NCBI GenBank assembly: GCA_963997415.1
Contig: CAXEMN010000006.1
Span: 1,927-65,926 of the forward strand
Origin: an uncultured Candidatus Poseidoniales archaeon
GTDB lineage: Archaea; Thermoplasmatota; Poseidoniia; Poseidoniales; Poseidoniaceae
Length of the DNA: 64,000 nucleotides
Direction: 5' to 3'
Part shown: positions 36,448-45,774 of the stretch, in pieces
Layout: the number at the start of each line of letters is the position of its first letter
How positions within the stretch are numbered: position 1 is the first letter of the stretch
Translations under genes and position numbers: made by a program
The notes under the pieces: generated by a model
The model's input: the letters and a program-made list of their open reading frames with translations, nothing else
Database searches by the model: none
Told to the model about the DNA's origin: nothing

Positions 36448-37059
36448 TCAAGCCTCTTCGGGAATCAGGTGGCCCATTCGCTTCTGCTTGGTGGAGAGGT
36501 AGTGGTCGTTCAACTCACATCGCCCTGCCAGGTGGGGGACTCGCTCAGCAACCTTGATTCCGTTAGTACGGAGACCTCTGATTTTCAGAGGATTGTTGGT
36601 CATCAAATTGACTTTGGAAACCCCAACATTACGAAGCATGTCAGCACAGAAAGAGTACTCCCGTGCGTCGGCTGGAAGGTTGAGGGCTAAGTTTGCATCA
36701 AGGGTGTCGAGGCCACGGTCCTGAAGCGCATAGGCCTTGATCTTGGCTTCGAGCCCGATGCCGCGTCCTTCCTGGCGCATGTAGACAATTGCACCGTGAC
36801 CATGTTCCTGGATGCGAGCCATTGAGGCTTGCAATTGTGGGCCGCAGTCACACTTCAGGGAACCAAAGGCGTCTCCAGTAAGGCATTCTGAGTGGATTCG
36901 AACGATTGGGGTAATCTCTGGGTTGTCAAGACCAACGGAGAGAACTGAATGTTCAGCACCTTGGTCGTCGACGAAGACTCTCATTCGGAAGTTTCCGTGT
37001 TCGGTCGGAAGGTTGGCATCTGCTTTGATATTGACAGCGAGGTCGACATGCTTTGACAT
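36448..37059 (-). CDS. ribA: GTP cyclohydrolase II
   Basis: 'VRIHSECLTGDAFGSLKCDCGPQL' and 'GAIVYMRQEGRGIGL' are RibA signatures. Confidence 0.92.
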   Translation of the reverse strand: MSKHVDLAVNIKADANLPTEHGNFRMRVFVDDQGAEHSVLSVGLDNPEITPIVRIHSECLTGDAFGSLKCDCGPQLQASMARIQEHGHGAIVYMRQEGRGIGLEAKIKAYALQDRGLDTLDANLALNLPADAREYSFCADMLRNVGVSKVNLMTNNPLKIRGLRTNGIKVAERVPHLAGRCELNDHYLSTKQKRMGHLIPEEA

Positions 37060-37154
37060 GGCCGATGGTTACGAGGTTGAGGTTATAATGTCCTGTTTTT
37101 TTTCTTACAGGACCCAAAACAGCCCTTTATACGCATACTCTGAAAACTCACGGC
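37060..37154. promoter_or_regulatory. bidirectional control region of the two light-protection operons, with an inverted repeat
   Basis: 95-nt spacer between ribA (-) and the NUDIX gene (+). TATA-like 'GGTTATAAT' and 'CTTTATAC'. Inverted repeat GTCCTG-N12(T-rich)-CAGGAC at 37090-37113. Confidence 0.45.
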
Positions 37155-37646
37155 ATGCACAGCGTAGATTGTGATGTGGGGGTTGCGGCAATCGTCCGCA
37201 GAGCTCGCTCAATCTTGCTGGTCAGAGAACTCCACGGGCGCTATGAAGGCCGCTGGGGCCTTCCAAAAGGGTATGTAGATGAGGGCGAATTACCTCGCAA
37301 CGCCGCCCTGAGAGAACTCAGAGAAGAATGCGGCGTCGATGGTACCGTTCGTGGGATTCAATCTGTGCGGGAACGATTGCTCGACGGCATGCCTGCAATC
37401 TTCATTGCCTACATTGTTGACATCGAACCATCTGCTGAACCCAAACCAAACGCCGAAGTCTCTGAGGCCGTCTTTGTCTCTGTGGATGAGTTTTCCCACC
37501 TTGACTGGATCAGCGATGCAATGCATGCCATGGCGGTGAACGCTGTCAACTCTAAACACATCTTGAGTTCAAATGATTACGAGGCCGAGCGAGGACATCC
37601 ATACGTCCTGCACACACTTCCTCATGCGCGAGGTGGGCTGTCATGA
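37155..37646 (+). CDS. NUDIX hydrolase
   Basis: Nudix box 'GLPKGYVDEGELPRNAALRELREECGV'. Confidence 0.85.
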   Translation: MHSVDCDVGVAAIVRRARSILLVRELHGRYEGRWGLPKGYVDEGELPRNAALRELREECGVDGTVRGIQSVRERLLDGMPAIFIAYIVDIEPSAEPKPNAEVSEAVFVSVDEFSHLDWISDAMHAMAVNAVNSKHILSSNDYEAERGHPYVLHTLPHARGGLS

Positions 37647-39145
37647 ATGAACGCCTGCACGAGCGAGCCAGAGCGCTGAACACCAAGCCCATCAATGAAA
37701 ATGGTGAATACGTCCTTTACTGGATGATTGCAAATCGGAGGTTCCACACCAATGCAGCCCTCGAATACGCAGCCCACGTAGCCGCCCAACGAGGTGTTCC
37801 TTTGTTGGTGCTTGAAGAAATCTCAACCCGCCACAAATTCGCCAATGATCGTATTACTTCATTCATGATTCAAGGGATGCTTGACAATATCCGTGTCTTC
37901 AAGGAAAATAATATTCGATACATTCCATGGGTGGAAACCCCGCTCTCAGGACACATTGGGAAACTTCACGAACTCGCCCAAAATGCAATGATGGTCATCA
38001 GCGATGATTTCCCCACATACTTCCCACGCAAGGCTGTGGAAAGCGCATCCAGATCATTGCCTCTCCGATTCATGGTTGTGGATTCAAACGGCGTCTTCCC
38101 GATGTCGTGGACAGAACGTGCCTACCCGACTGCACACGGGTTTAGGCGATTTGTTCACGAGAAATTTGTCGACTGCATGGAGACCTGGCCGTCTCACAAC
38201 CCTGTTCAACCAGGCCACTCCTTGTGGATGGAGGATGAGCGCTTCAATGAAATTGTCCAAAACTCGAAACTTGGTGTAACGCCCTTCGAATGGCTCTGGA
38301 GAGCTGGAGAGCAGGGCTCTTCTGGAAAAGATGCATTATCAACACTCGATATCGACCACAGCATTCCCCCTGTGGCCAACGTCCAAGGCGGGCGCGACAC
38401 GGCAGTTCGTATGCTAAGGGAATTCCTTTCCAACCGATTGAATCGGTACCATGAAGATCGGAATCAGGTCAAAAACCCTGCAACCAGTGGTCTGTCTCCT
38501 TGGTTCCATTTTGGACACCTGTCAACCATCGAAGTGGTTCGAAGAATTCTCGATTCAAATGGGTGGATGCCTGATTTGATTAACGCACCTCGTCGAGGCG
38601 CCAGAGCAGGATGGTGGGGCATGCCAGAACCTGTTGAAGCCTTCCTCGACCAAATCATCACGTGGAGAGAACTTGGATTCAATAATGCATTCCACAATCC
38701 AAATCACAACCACTACGCATCCCTTCCTGAATGGGCCAAGATTACACTGTCTGAACACGCTGATGACGAGCGAACAACCTACACGCTCGAACAAATTCGA
38801 AAAGCGGACACCCATGATGAGATATGGAATGCTGCACAGCGTCAACTCGTCCGAAAAGGCATCATTCACAATTACTTGCGAATGCTATGGGGCAAGCGAA
38901 TCCTCGAATGGGCCTCCTCCCCAGAAGAGGCTGCTGAATGGATGATTGAATTGAACGACACCTATGCTTTGGATGGACGCGACCCGAATTCCTACACGGG
39001 GATCTTCTGGGTGCTTGGCCGTCATGACAGAGCATGGGGTCCAGAGCGTGCTATCTTTGGAAAAATTCGATACATGTCGTCAGAGAATACCCGACGTAAA
39101 TTTGACCTCAAACCTTACCTTCAAGAGTTTGGGCACCGATCATGA
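37643..39145 (+). CDS. phr: class II CPD photolyase (deoxyribodipyrimidine photo-lyase)
   Basis: 'YVLYWMIANRRFHTNAALEYA', 'GLSPWFHFGHLS' and 'IHNYLRMLWGKRILEW...NDTYALDGRDPNSYTGIFW' follow the class II pattern. The start overlaps the NUDIX stop (ATGA). Confidence 0.88.
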   Translation: MNERLHERARALNTKPINENGEYVLYWMIANRRFHTNAALEYAAHVAAQRGVPLLVLEEISTRHKFANDRITSFMIQGMLDNIRVFKENNIRYIPWVETPLSGHIGKLHELAQNAMMVISDDFPTYFPRKAVESASRSLPLRFMVVDSNGVFPMSWTERAYPTAHGFRRFVHEKFVDCMETWPSHNPVQPGHSLWMEDERFNEIVQNSKLGVTPFEWLWRAGEQGSSGKDALSTLDIDHSIPPVANVQGGRDTAVRMLREFLSNRLNRYHEDRNQVKNPATSGLSPWFHFGHLSTIEVVRRILDSNGWMPDLINAPRRGARAGWWGMPEPVEAFLDQIITWRELGFNNAFHNPNHNHYASLPEWAKITLSEHADDERTTYTLEQIRKADTHDEIWNAAQRQLVRKGIIHNYLRMLWGKRILEWASSPEEAAEWMIELNDTYALDGRDPNSYTGIFWVLGRHDRAWGPERAIFGKIRYMSSENTRRKFDLKPYLQEFGHRS

Positions 39146-39154
39146 GGCGATGGC

Positions 39155-40534
39155 ATGGAATACACACACGTGACTCAAGTCCCTGATGACATTGAAACCA
39201 CATTCGCTTGGCATGAACGCAAAGGTTCCTTTCGCCGCCTCATGCCACCATGGGAACAAGTCGAAGAGGTTCGAGCAGATCCTACCTTAGAGGATGGTTC
39301 AGAACGCATCTTCCGATTCCCAATGGGGCCTATCAAACTGCAATGGATTGCAAGGCACAAGGGCTACAATCCACCACATGCGTTTGCTGATGATATGATT
39401 AAGGGTCCTTTCAAATCGTGGTCTCATGTTCACGCCTTCATCAGCAATGAAGATGGAACATGTCGAATCGAAGACCGCGTTGAATTCAGTGTGCCTCTCG
39501 GTGCTCTTGGGTCACTGGTCGCCGGCCGTAGCGTTCGCAAAAGAATTGATCGAATGTTCAATGCAAGAGGGATTCGATTGACCCGCGATATTCAACGCCA
39601 CAAAGAATTCCGTCATCGAGCACGCAAAAAAATCCTCATTGCGGGGTCATCGGGCCTTATTGGCAGGCAACTTGTCGCCTTCCTTGACACCGGGAATCAC
39701 GAAGTCTGGCGGCTCGTACGCAGAACGCCAGCCAAGGGAGCACAAGAAATCCAATGGGATCCAAAGAACGGTACACTTGATGCTTCAGCTTTGGAAGGCT
39801 TCGACGCTGTCATCCATCTTGGTGGCGCAGGCATCGGCGACAAGCGTTGGAGTAAAAAGCGGATGGAAATCATCAAGTCCAGTCGAACTGAAAGCACCGG
39901 GCTGTTAGCAAAAACACTTGCTGGATTGGAGCAAAAGCCAGAGGTCTTCCTTGTGGCGAGTGCCATAGGTTACTATGGAAATCGCGGTGATGAGGAACTT
40001 TTGGAATCCTCTGATCCAGGTGAGGGATACCTCTCTGAAACCTGTCTTGCTTGGGAAGCCTCGGCTCAGCCAGCCAAGGATGCAGGCATCCGCACCATTC
40101 ACGCCCGAACAGCAGGTATTGTCCTTGATGCAACTGGAGGTGGGCTAGGCAAAATGCTCCTCCCAGCTAAACTTGGCGCTGGAGGCCCTATTGGACGAGG
40201 ACGGCAGTGGCTGTCATGGATTTCAATGGACGATGAGGTCTATGCCATGCACCATCTATTGATGACTGAATCATGCGAAGGCGCTTACAACCTTGTCTCG
40301 CCAGGGATTGTACAACAGAAAAAATTTGCAAAGGTCTTGGGTAAGGTCCTCAGGCGACCTGCATTCATACCAACGCCACCATTTGGCGTGTGGATCCTCT
40401 TCGGCAAAATGGGCGTCACCCTGACCACGGACAGCACCAGGGTTGTACCGGGGCGCCTGCAAGAGATCGGGTACCGATTTGAACACCCGACGCTTGAACC
40501 GGCGTTGCGAGACACGCTTGGAATTTGGCGTTAG
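39155..40534 (+). CDS. SRPBCC-domain / TIGR01777 (YfcH-like, DUF1731) NAD-dependent epimerase-family fusion protein
   Basis: The N-terminal ~140 aa look like a START/SRPBCC lipid-binding fold ('FAWHERKGSFRRLMPPWE'). A Rossmann motif 'ILIAGSSGLIGRQLVAFL' follows, then a C-terminal 'GGPIGRGRQWLSWISMDD...VVPGRLQEIGYRFEHP', typical of TIGR01777. Confidence 0.75.
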   Translation: MEYTHVTQVPDDIETTFAWHERKGSFRRLMPPWEQVEEVRADPTLEDGSERIFRFPMGPIKLQWIARHKGYNPPHAFADDMIKGPFKSWSHVHAFISNEDGTCRIEDRVEFSVPLGALGSLVAGRSVRKRIDRMFNARGIRLTRDIQRHKEFRHRARKKILIAGSSGLIGRQLVAFLDTGNHEVWRLVRRTPAKGAQEIQWDPKNGTLDASALEGFDAVIHLGGAGIGDKRWSKKRMEIIKSSRTESTGLLAKTLAGLEQKPEVFLVASAIGYYGNRGDEELLESSDPGEGYLSETCLAWEASAQPAKDAGIRTIHARTAGIVLDATGGGLGKMLLPAKLGAGGPIGRGRQWLSWISMDDEVYAMHHLLMTESCEGAYNLVSPGIVQQKKFAKVLGKVLRRPAFIPTPPFGVWILFGKMGVTLTTDSTRVVPGRLQEIGYRFEHPTLEPALRDTLGIWR

Positions 40535-40571
40535 ATACATCGCCACATGGGCCGCGATGCAAGCGCTTCGA

Positions 40572-41579
40572 TCAATCAAGGCTCGGTGTGAACAAGGTTG
40601 AGAGTGCAACCTGCATCTTTCGATAGAAATTGAGTGTGAGACGTCGACTGAGCACATCCCCATTTCTTCGAATGGCCTCTTTGAGAATCGCGTTGTAAGC
40701 GGTGCACATCAGTCTTGGGGACCGTCGTGCATCTTTGTCGAGCAGTGGCAGCAGGCCCAATGCATTGTTTCGGTTGGTCACCACATGATCGATGTAATGG
40801 CGCATGAAGTTCTGCCACCCTGGGCGATTTGCCAATGTTGGATCGGTTAAATCATCATGGGAAAGGCCGAATTTGGCGAGTTCCTCGGTCGGGAGATAGA
40901 TTCGATTCCGTTGCAAATCTTCTTGGATGTCTCGAAGAACATTGACCAACTGCAAAAACAGCCCCATCTCCACCGCATGGCGACGAGCGCTTGGGTCGCT
41001 GTAGCCATAGATTTCGATAAGACACAGCCCAACGGTTGAGGCAACACGGTAGCAATATCGTCGCAAGTCTTCGAATCGGGCATAATTTGTTTCGAACAAG
41101 TCGTCTTCCATGCCGTTGATGAGTTCATGGAGGTGGTCGACTTCAATAGGATAGCGTTGAAGTGTATCGGCAAGAGCAACAAACATCGGTTCAGACATTG
41201 GTTCACCCTGTACGATAGCATCCAAGCGTTCCCTGAACATCATGAGGGCGCGCAACCGTTGATGATGCTCTTTTTGTGAGTAAATAGGATTGGCTTCTCG
41301 TTGCTCAAGAAGTTCGGTCAATCGTTCAGAGGTCCGCTGATCTAAATGTGAGAGATTTGCTTGCGGTAGCCAATCACCATCAACGATGTCATCGACTCGA
41401 CGGCAGAAGGCATACAGTGCGTTGACTGACTTCCGCTTTTGTTCAGGCAGATGGCGGAAGGAACGGAAGAAGGAACTGGAGGCTGCCCGGGCAACAGATT
41501 CGCAATGCAGGTAGGCATCCTCGAGGCGTTCGGAGAAGGAGGACCCTCCGTTTTCAACCAACAGGAAACTTGACGACAT
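40572..41579 (-). CDS. phytoene/squalene synthase-family prenyl transferase (CrtB-like)
   Basis: 'SSSFFRSFRHLP', 'ALYAFCRRVDDIVD' (first Asp-rich motif), 'YCYRVASTVG' and 'VLRDIQEDLQRNRIYLP' (second Asp-rich motif). I prefer the ATG at 41579, preceded by AGGTGGA, over the GTG at 41591. Confidence 0.85.
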   Translation of the reverse strand: MSSSFLLVENGGSSFSERLEDAYLHCESVARAASSSFFRSFRHLPEQKRKSVNALYAFCRRVDDIVDGDWLPQANLSHLDQRTSERLTELLEQREANPIYSQKEHHQRLRALMMFRERLDAIVQGEPMSEPMFVALADTLQRYPIEVDHLHELINGMEDDLFETNYARFEDLRRYCYRVASTVGLCLIEIYGYSDPSARRHAVEMGLFLQLVNVLRDIQEDLQRNRIYLPTEELAKFGLSHDDLTDPTLANRPGWQNFMRHYIDHVVTNRNNALGLLPLLDKDARRSPRLMCTAYNAILKEAIRRNGDVLSRRLTLNFYRKMQVALSTLFTPSLD

Positions 41580-41643
41580 ACGATATTCCACCTAGACAGC
41601 AAACCACATGCGAGTATATTCATATTTGAAGTATGGTTTTTTT

Positions 41644-41659
41644 CCGTCAAAAAAGACGG
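41644..41659 (-). terminator. putative terminator hairpin with an oligo-T loop downstream of the ALDH gene
   Basis: On the minus strand, CCGTC-TTTTTT-GACGG lies 10 nt after the stop at 41669. An AT-rich, TATA-like 'AAATATGAATATA' follows and would serve the CrtB-like gene. Confidence 0.35.
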
Positions 41660-41668
41660 CGTTCAACC

Positions 41669-43297
41669 TCAAGCCAATTCAGTCCAATCCACGTCGGCTT
41701 CAGCCATTTCGACTTCATCAACATCCATCTGAGCGAGTTGAAGTTTACCGGACAGTTCATCGTTCACAGCGTGCCAATACGAATAGGCTTCAATAACCCA
41801 AATACCAGATTCCCGAGTACCGTTGCCGCTGCCTTTGACACCGCCAAACGGAAGGTGAGCCTCAGCGCCTGTGGTTGAGTTGTTAATTCCTGTCATTCCA
41901 GCCTTGATGCCGGTCTTGTAGCGGTATGCTTCGAGGCGATCGTTGGTATAAATGGCAGAGGAAAGACCGTATGGGCTTGCGTTTGCCAAATGAAGTGCAT
42001 GTTCGAAATCCTTGGCTTTACAGATGGTGACAGCAGGGCCAAACACTTCTTCGTGGAAGCACTCCATGTCTTCAGTGACGTCGGTAAAGACGTGTGGCCA
42101 CATGTAGACGCCATCATCAGCGTTGCTCAGGAAGTTGGTTGGCTTGTTGTCGTTCGTGACTCGGCCTTCGCCGTGAATCATGGTTGCTCCAGACTTCTTG
42201 CACATTTCGACAGCTTGGAGGAAATCTTTAGCGTACTTCTCAGACAGCATTGGGCCGTAGAGAACACCGTCGTGGACGAGCGAATCACCAATCCGTGTCG
42301 CCTCGACTTTCGCCATGAATTTGGTCATGAATTCGTCGTAGACATCTTCGTGAAGAATGAGGTTTCCAAGAGATGTACAGCGTTGACCTGCGGTTCCAAA
42401 AGCACCCCAGTACGCACCCTCGACTGCATTGTCAAGATTTGCAGATGGCATGACGACCAGAGGGTTCTTGCCCCCCAATTCAAGAGAGCAGGAAACGAGG
42501 TTTCGGCCACAGACTTCGCCGATCATCTTTCCGACTTCAGTCGAACCGGTGAACGAGATCTTGTTGACGCGCCCTTCATCGACAGCGTCGACAAGGTGTT
42601 GTCCAGCGCCGCTTCCCTTACCATGAACAAGGTTGATGACACCGTTTGGTAATCCTGCTTCGTGCATGATTCGGGCGAGAGCAAACGAGAGAAGTGGGGC
42701 ATCTTGTGGACTCTTCCAAACGCAGGTGTTGCCGCACATGATGGCTGGAATCATCTTCCAGAACGGCACTGCTGCAGGGAAATTGCACGCATTGATGATG
42801 CCACAAACACCCAGTGGACGTCGGTAGGTGAACAGTTCTTTGTCGGGCAATTCAGAATTGACGGTTTGACCGTACAAACGTCGTCCTTCAGATTGGAAAA
42901 AGAGGCAGGTGTCGATGGCTTCTTGCACAGATCCAGCAGCTTCCTTCAAGGTCTTGCCAATTTCACGGGTTTCAAGAGCAACGATTGCATCTTTGTGTTC
43001 CATGAGCAAACGACCCATGTTTCCAATGATTTGGCCACGGGTTGGAGCAGGTGTTGCCGCCCACCCTGGGAAGGCAGCATGGGCTGCATCCAAAGCAGCG
43101 TTCACGTCTTCTTTGGTGGAGAGTGGGAAATGACCAAGCGTGTCGTTGAGGATCGCCGGGTTGATTGATGAAAAGGTTGAACCATCGCTTGCAAGGGTCA
43201 ACTGGCCATTGATGATATTGTAACCGCGAACCGCTGGTTTGCCATTTGGATTGTCGTGGGATATGAACTCGAGACCTGTTTCTAAAACATGAACCAT
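41669..43297 (-). CDS. aldehyde dehydrogenase family protein (semialdehyde/P5C-dehydrogenase-like) with an acidic C-terminal tail
   Basis: 'ACNFPAAVPFWK', 'LELGGKNP' and the catalytic Cys context 'TAGQRCTSLGNL'. An extra ~40 aa acidic tail ('DVDEVEMAEADVDWTELA'). Confidence 0.88.
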   Translation of the reverse strand: MVHVLETGLEFISHDNPNGKPAVRGYNIINGQLTLASDGSTFSSINPAILNDTLGHFPLSTKEDVNAALDAAHAAFPGWAATPAPTRGQIIGNMGRLLMEHKDAIVALETREIGKTLKEAAGSVQEAIDTCLFFQSEGRRLYGQTVNSELPDKELFTYRRPLGVCGIINACNFPAAVPFWKMIPAIMCGNTCVWKSPQDAPLLSFALARIMHEAGLPNGVINLVHGKGSGAGQHLVDAVDEGRVNKISFTGSTEVGKMIGEVCGRNLVSCSLELGGKNPLVVMPSANLDNAVEGAYWGAFGTAGQRCTSLGNLILHEDVYDEFMTKFMAKVEATRIGDSLVHDGVLYGPMLSEKYAKDFLQAVEMCKKSGATMIHGEGRVTNDNKPTNFLSNADDGVYMWPHVFTDVTEDMECFHEEVFGPAVTICKAKDFEHALHLANASPYGLSSAIYTNDRLEAYRYKTGIKAGMTGINNSTTGAEAHLPFGGVKGSGNGTRESGIWVIEAYSYWHAVNDELSGKLQLAQMDVDEVEMAEADVDWTELA

Positions 43298-43474
43298 ACC
43301 CCCCCGAGGAAAAGGCCCTTCTTGAAAGTGATGGAGGCGTACGGTGAGTCTTCACACGCCGTGAACCATGGAAAATCGACATTAGGTTAAAAGGGGGTCG
43401 GCGTGAAGAGGGAGGGGAAGGGCACTGTTAGAGGTTTAAATCATCTCGACGGATTCCTTCTTGGAAGTGGAAAT

Positions 43475-45703
43475 ATGGCCGATGATGAAAACACAATGTC
43501 CTTGCGGGTAGCAAAAGCAATTCCCTCCGATGTCGGCCATGGTCGAGCACGAATCTCGGGAGAAAACGATCTTGGTTTGAAGCCTGGTGATATCGTAGAA
43601 ATCAAAGGCGACAAGCGCTCGACCGCTGCAATCTATTGGCGAAGTCGACCCGAGGACACAAAAATGGAAATCATTCGTGTCGACGGTATCATTCGAAAGA
43701 ATGCCGGCGTGAGCCTCGGTGATCGCGTTACCGTTTCCAAGGTCGAAGCAAAAGAGTGCACCAAGCTTGTGCTCTCACCGGTCATGGCAAACAAACAGAA
43801 AGTGAAGTTTGGTCCAGGGATCGAAGGCTTTGCACGTCGTGGACTCTCAAAGCGGCCTGTCGTTCAGGGCGACCGGATTTTCATTCCTGGCATGACCTTG
43901 TTCGCCGAAGCCCTTCCGTTCGCTGTTGTCAGCACCGTGCCAAAAGGCATTGTCAAGGTGACCAATGACACGGACATCGTCATTAAAGACGAGACCGTTG
44001 ACGATGAAGATGCTGGACAATCCGAAGGCATCACCTACGAAGATGTCGGAGGCATTGGCCAACAATTGCAAAAGGTTCGTGAAATGATTGAACTGCCACT
44101 CAAGCATCCAGAATTGTTCCGACGCCTCGGCATTGATCCGCCAAAGGGTGTCCTCCTCCATGGGCCACCTGGCACAGGAAAAACCATGATTGCGAAAGCC
44201 GTTGCCACTGAAGTGAATGCCCACTTCAAATCAATCAACGGACCTGAAATCATCTCAAAGTACTACGGCGAATCAGAAAAACAACTCCGGGAGATTTTCG
44301 ACGAAGCTGCTGAGAACTCACCGGCGATTGTGTTCATCGATGAAATCGATTCCATCTGTCCAAAGCGTGAAGATGTCAGCGGTGAAGTGGAACGCAGAGT
44401 CGTTGCCCAAATGCTCACACTCATGGACGGTATGCAAGGACGAGACAATGTTGTTGTCATCGGAGCAACCAACCGAAGGGACGCGCTCGACCCTGCCCTA
44501 CGACGGCCGGGTCGATTCGATCGTGAAATTGAGATCGGGGTCCCAGACCGTGAAGGTCGCCAAGAAATCATGGATGTTCATACACGTCAAATGCCAATTT
44601 CTGAAGACTTTGAAATCAACTGGGTTCTTGACAACACCTACGGGTTTGTCGGTGCAGATCTTGCGGCACTCGTTCGAGAAGCAGCCATGAAAGCATTGCG
44701 ACGCTACCTACCTGAAATCGAACTCGATGAAGAGACCATTCCTCCTGAAGTACTCGAAAAGATGGAAGTTCGAATGGACGACTTCAAAGAAGCCATCAAG
44801 GACGTTGAACCGTCTGCGCTTCGTGAAATCTATGTCGAGATCCCAGAAGTGACCTGGGGCGAAGTCGGTGGTTTAGAGGAAGTCAAAGACCGCCTCAAGG
44901 AATCGGTCGAATGGCCGTTAACAAAACCTGAGTTGTTTGAGCACTTTGGCATCAAACCACCTCGTGGCATTGTTCTCTTTGGAGCGCCTGGAACTGGAAA
45001 GACACTCTTAGCAAAAGCGATTGCCAATGAGGCACAGGCCAACTTCATCAGCATCAAAGGACCTGAGCTGATTTCCAAGTGGGTTGGTGAATCCGAAAGG
45101 GCGATTCGTGAAATCTTCAAGAAAGCAAAGCAGTCTTCACCCGCAATCATTTTCCTTGATGAATTCGAATCCATTGCGAGCATGCGCTCATCGAATTCTG
45201 ATGGCTCTGGAAGTGATGTCTCCAACCGAGTGGTGAACCAACTGCTTGCAAGCATGGACGGAGTTGAATCACTCGACGGGGTCATCATCGTCGCTGCGAC
45301 CAACCGCCCTGAAATGATTGACCCTGCACTTCTTCGTAGCGGTCGGTTCGAGCGAGTGCTCCACGTTCCACCGCCGGACCTCGGCGCACGCGAATCGATC
45401 TTTGCCATTCACAGCGAAGGTATGCCGCTTTCGAAGTTCTCTTTGAAGGACATCATCGGTGGCCTTGACGGGTTCACTGGAGCGGACATCGAGGCAGTGT
45501 GCCGCGAAGCCGCCCTCATCTGCATGCGTGCAGGGAAGAAGAAGGTCACAAAGACGCACTTCGAAGAGGCCATCAAGCGGGTACGACCAACGGTGACGCC
45601 CGAGATGCTTGATTACTACCAGAAGATGGAAACTCGACTCACGAGTGGTCTGTCAAACATCAAGCGAAACCGAGACACCAGCTTCGGCATGGAATCAATG
45701 TGA
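43475..45703 (+). CDS. cdc48: CDC48/VCP-type double AAA+ ATPase
   Basis: N-domain ('LRVAKA...GRARI...GDIVEIKG'), D1 Walker A 'GPPGTGKT', D2 Walker A 'GAPGTGKT', and both SRH regions. ATG at 43475 lies about 34 nt downstream of a 'TTTAAAT' TATA-like box (43435-43441). Confidence 0.93.
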   Translation: MADDENTMSLRVAKAIPSDVGHGRARISGENDLGLKPGDIVEIKGDKRSTAAIYWRSRPEDTKMEIIRVDGIIRKNAGVSLGDRVTVSKVEAKECTKLVLSPVMANKQKVKFGPGIEGFARRGLSKRPVVQGDRIFIPGMTLFAEALPFAVVSTVPKGIVKVTNDTDIVIKDETVDDEDAGQSEGITYEDVGGIGQQLQKVREMIELPLKHPELFRRLGIDPPKGVLLHGPPGTGKTMIAKAVATEVNAHFKSINGPEIISKYYGESEKQLREIFDEAAENSPAIVFIDEIDSICPKREDVSGEVERRVVAQMLTLMDGMQGRDNVVVIGATNRRDALDPALRRPGRFDREIEIGVPDREGRQEIMDVHTRQMPISEDFEINWVLDNTYGFVGADLAALVREAAMKALRRYLPEIELDEETIPPEVLEKMEVRMDDFKEAIKDVEPSALREIYVEIPEVTWGEVGGLEEVKDRLKESVEWPLTKPELFEHFGIKPPRGIVLFGAPGTGKTLLAKAIANEAQANFISIKGPELISKWVGESERAIREIFKKAKQSSPAIIFLDEFESIASMRSSNSDGSGSDVSNRVVNQLLASMDGVESLDGVIIVAATNRPEMIDPALLRSGRFERVLHVPPPDLGARESIFAIHSEGMPLSKFSLKDIIGGLDGFTGADIEAVCREAALICMRAGKKKVTKTHFEEAIKRVRPTVTPEMLDYYQKMETRLTSGLSNIKRNRDTSFGMESM

Positions 45704-45774
45704 GCGGGCCCCGGACGTCGACGCATTGATGGGGCGCGTGTTCTTCGCATGAGATGGACAAGGAGTGAACATTC

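Noticed and set aside
44830-45408. 192-aa minus-strand ORF inside cdc48
   Set aside because: It is antisense to the D2 AAA+ domain, whose plus-strand frame is unambiguous. A Ser/Arg-rich shadow ORF.
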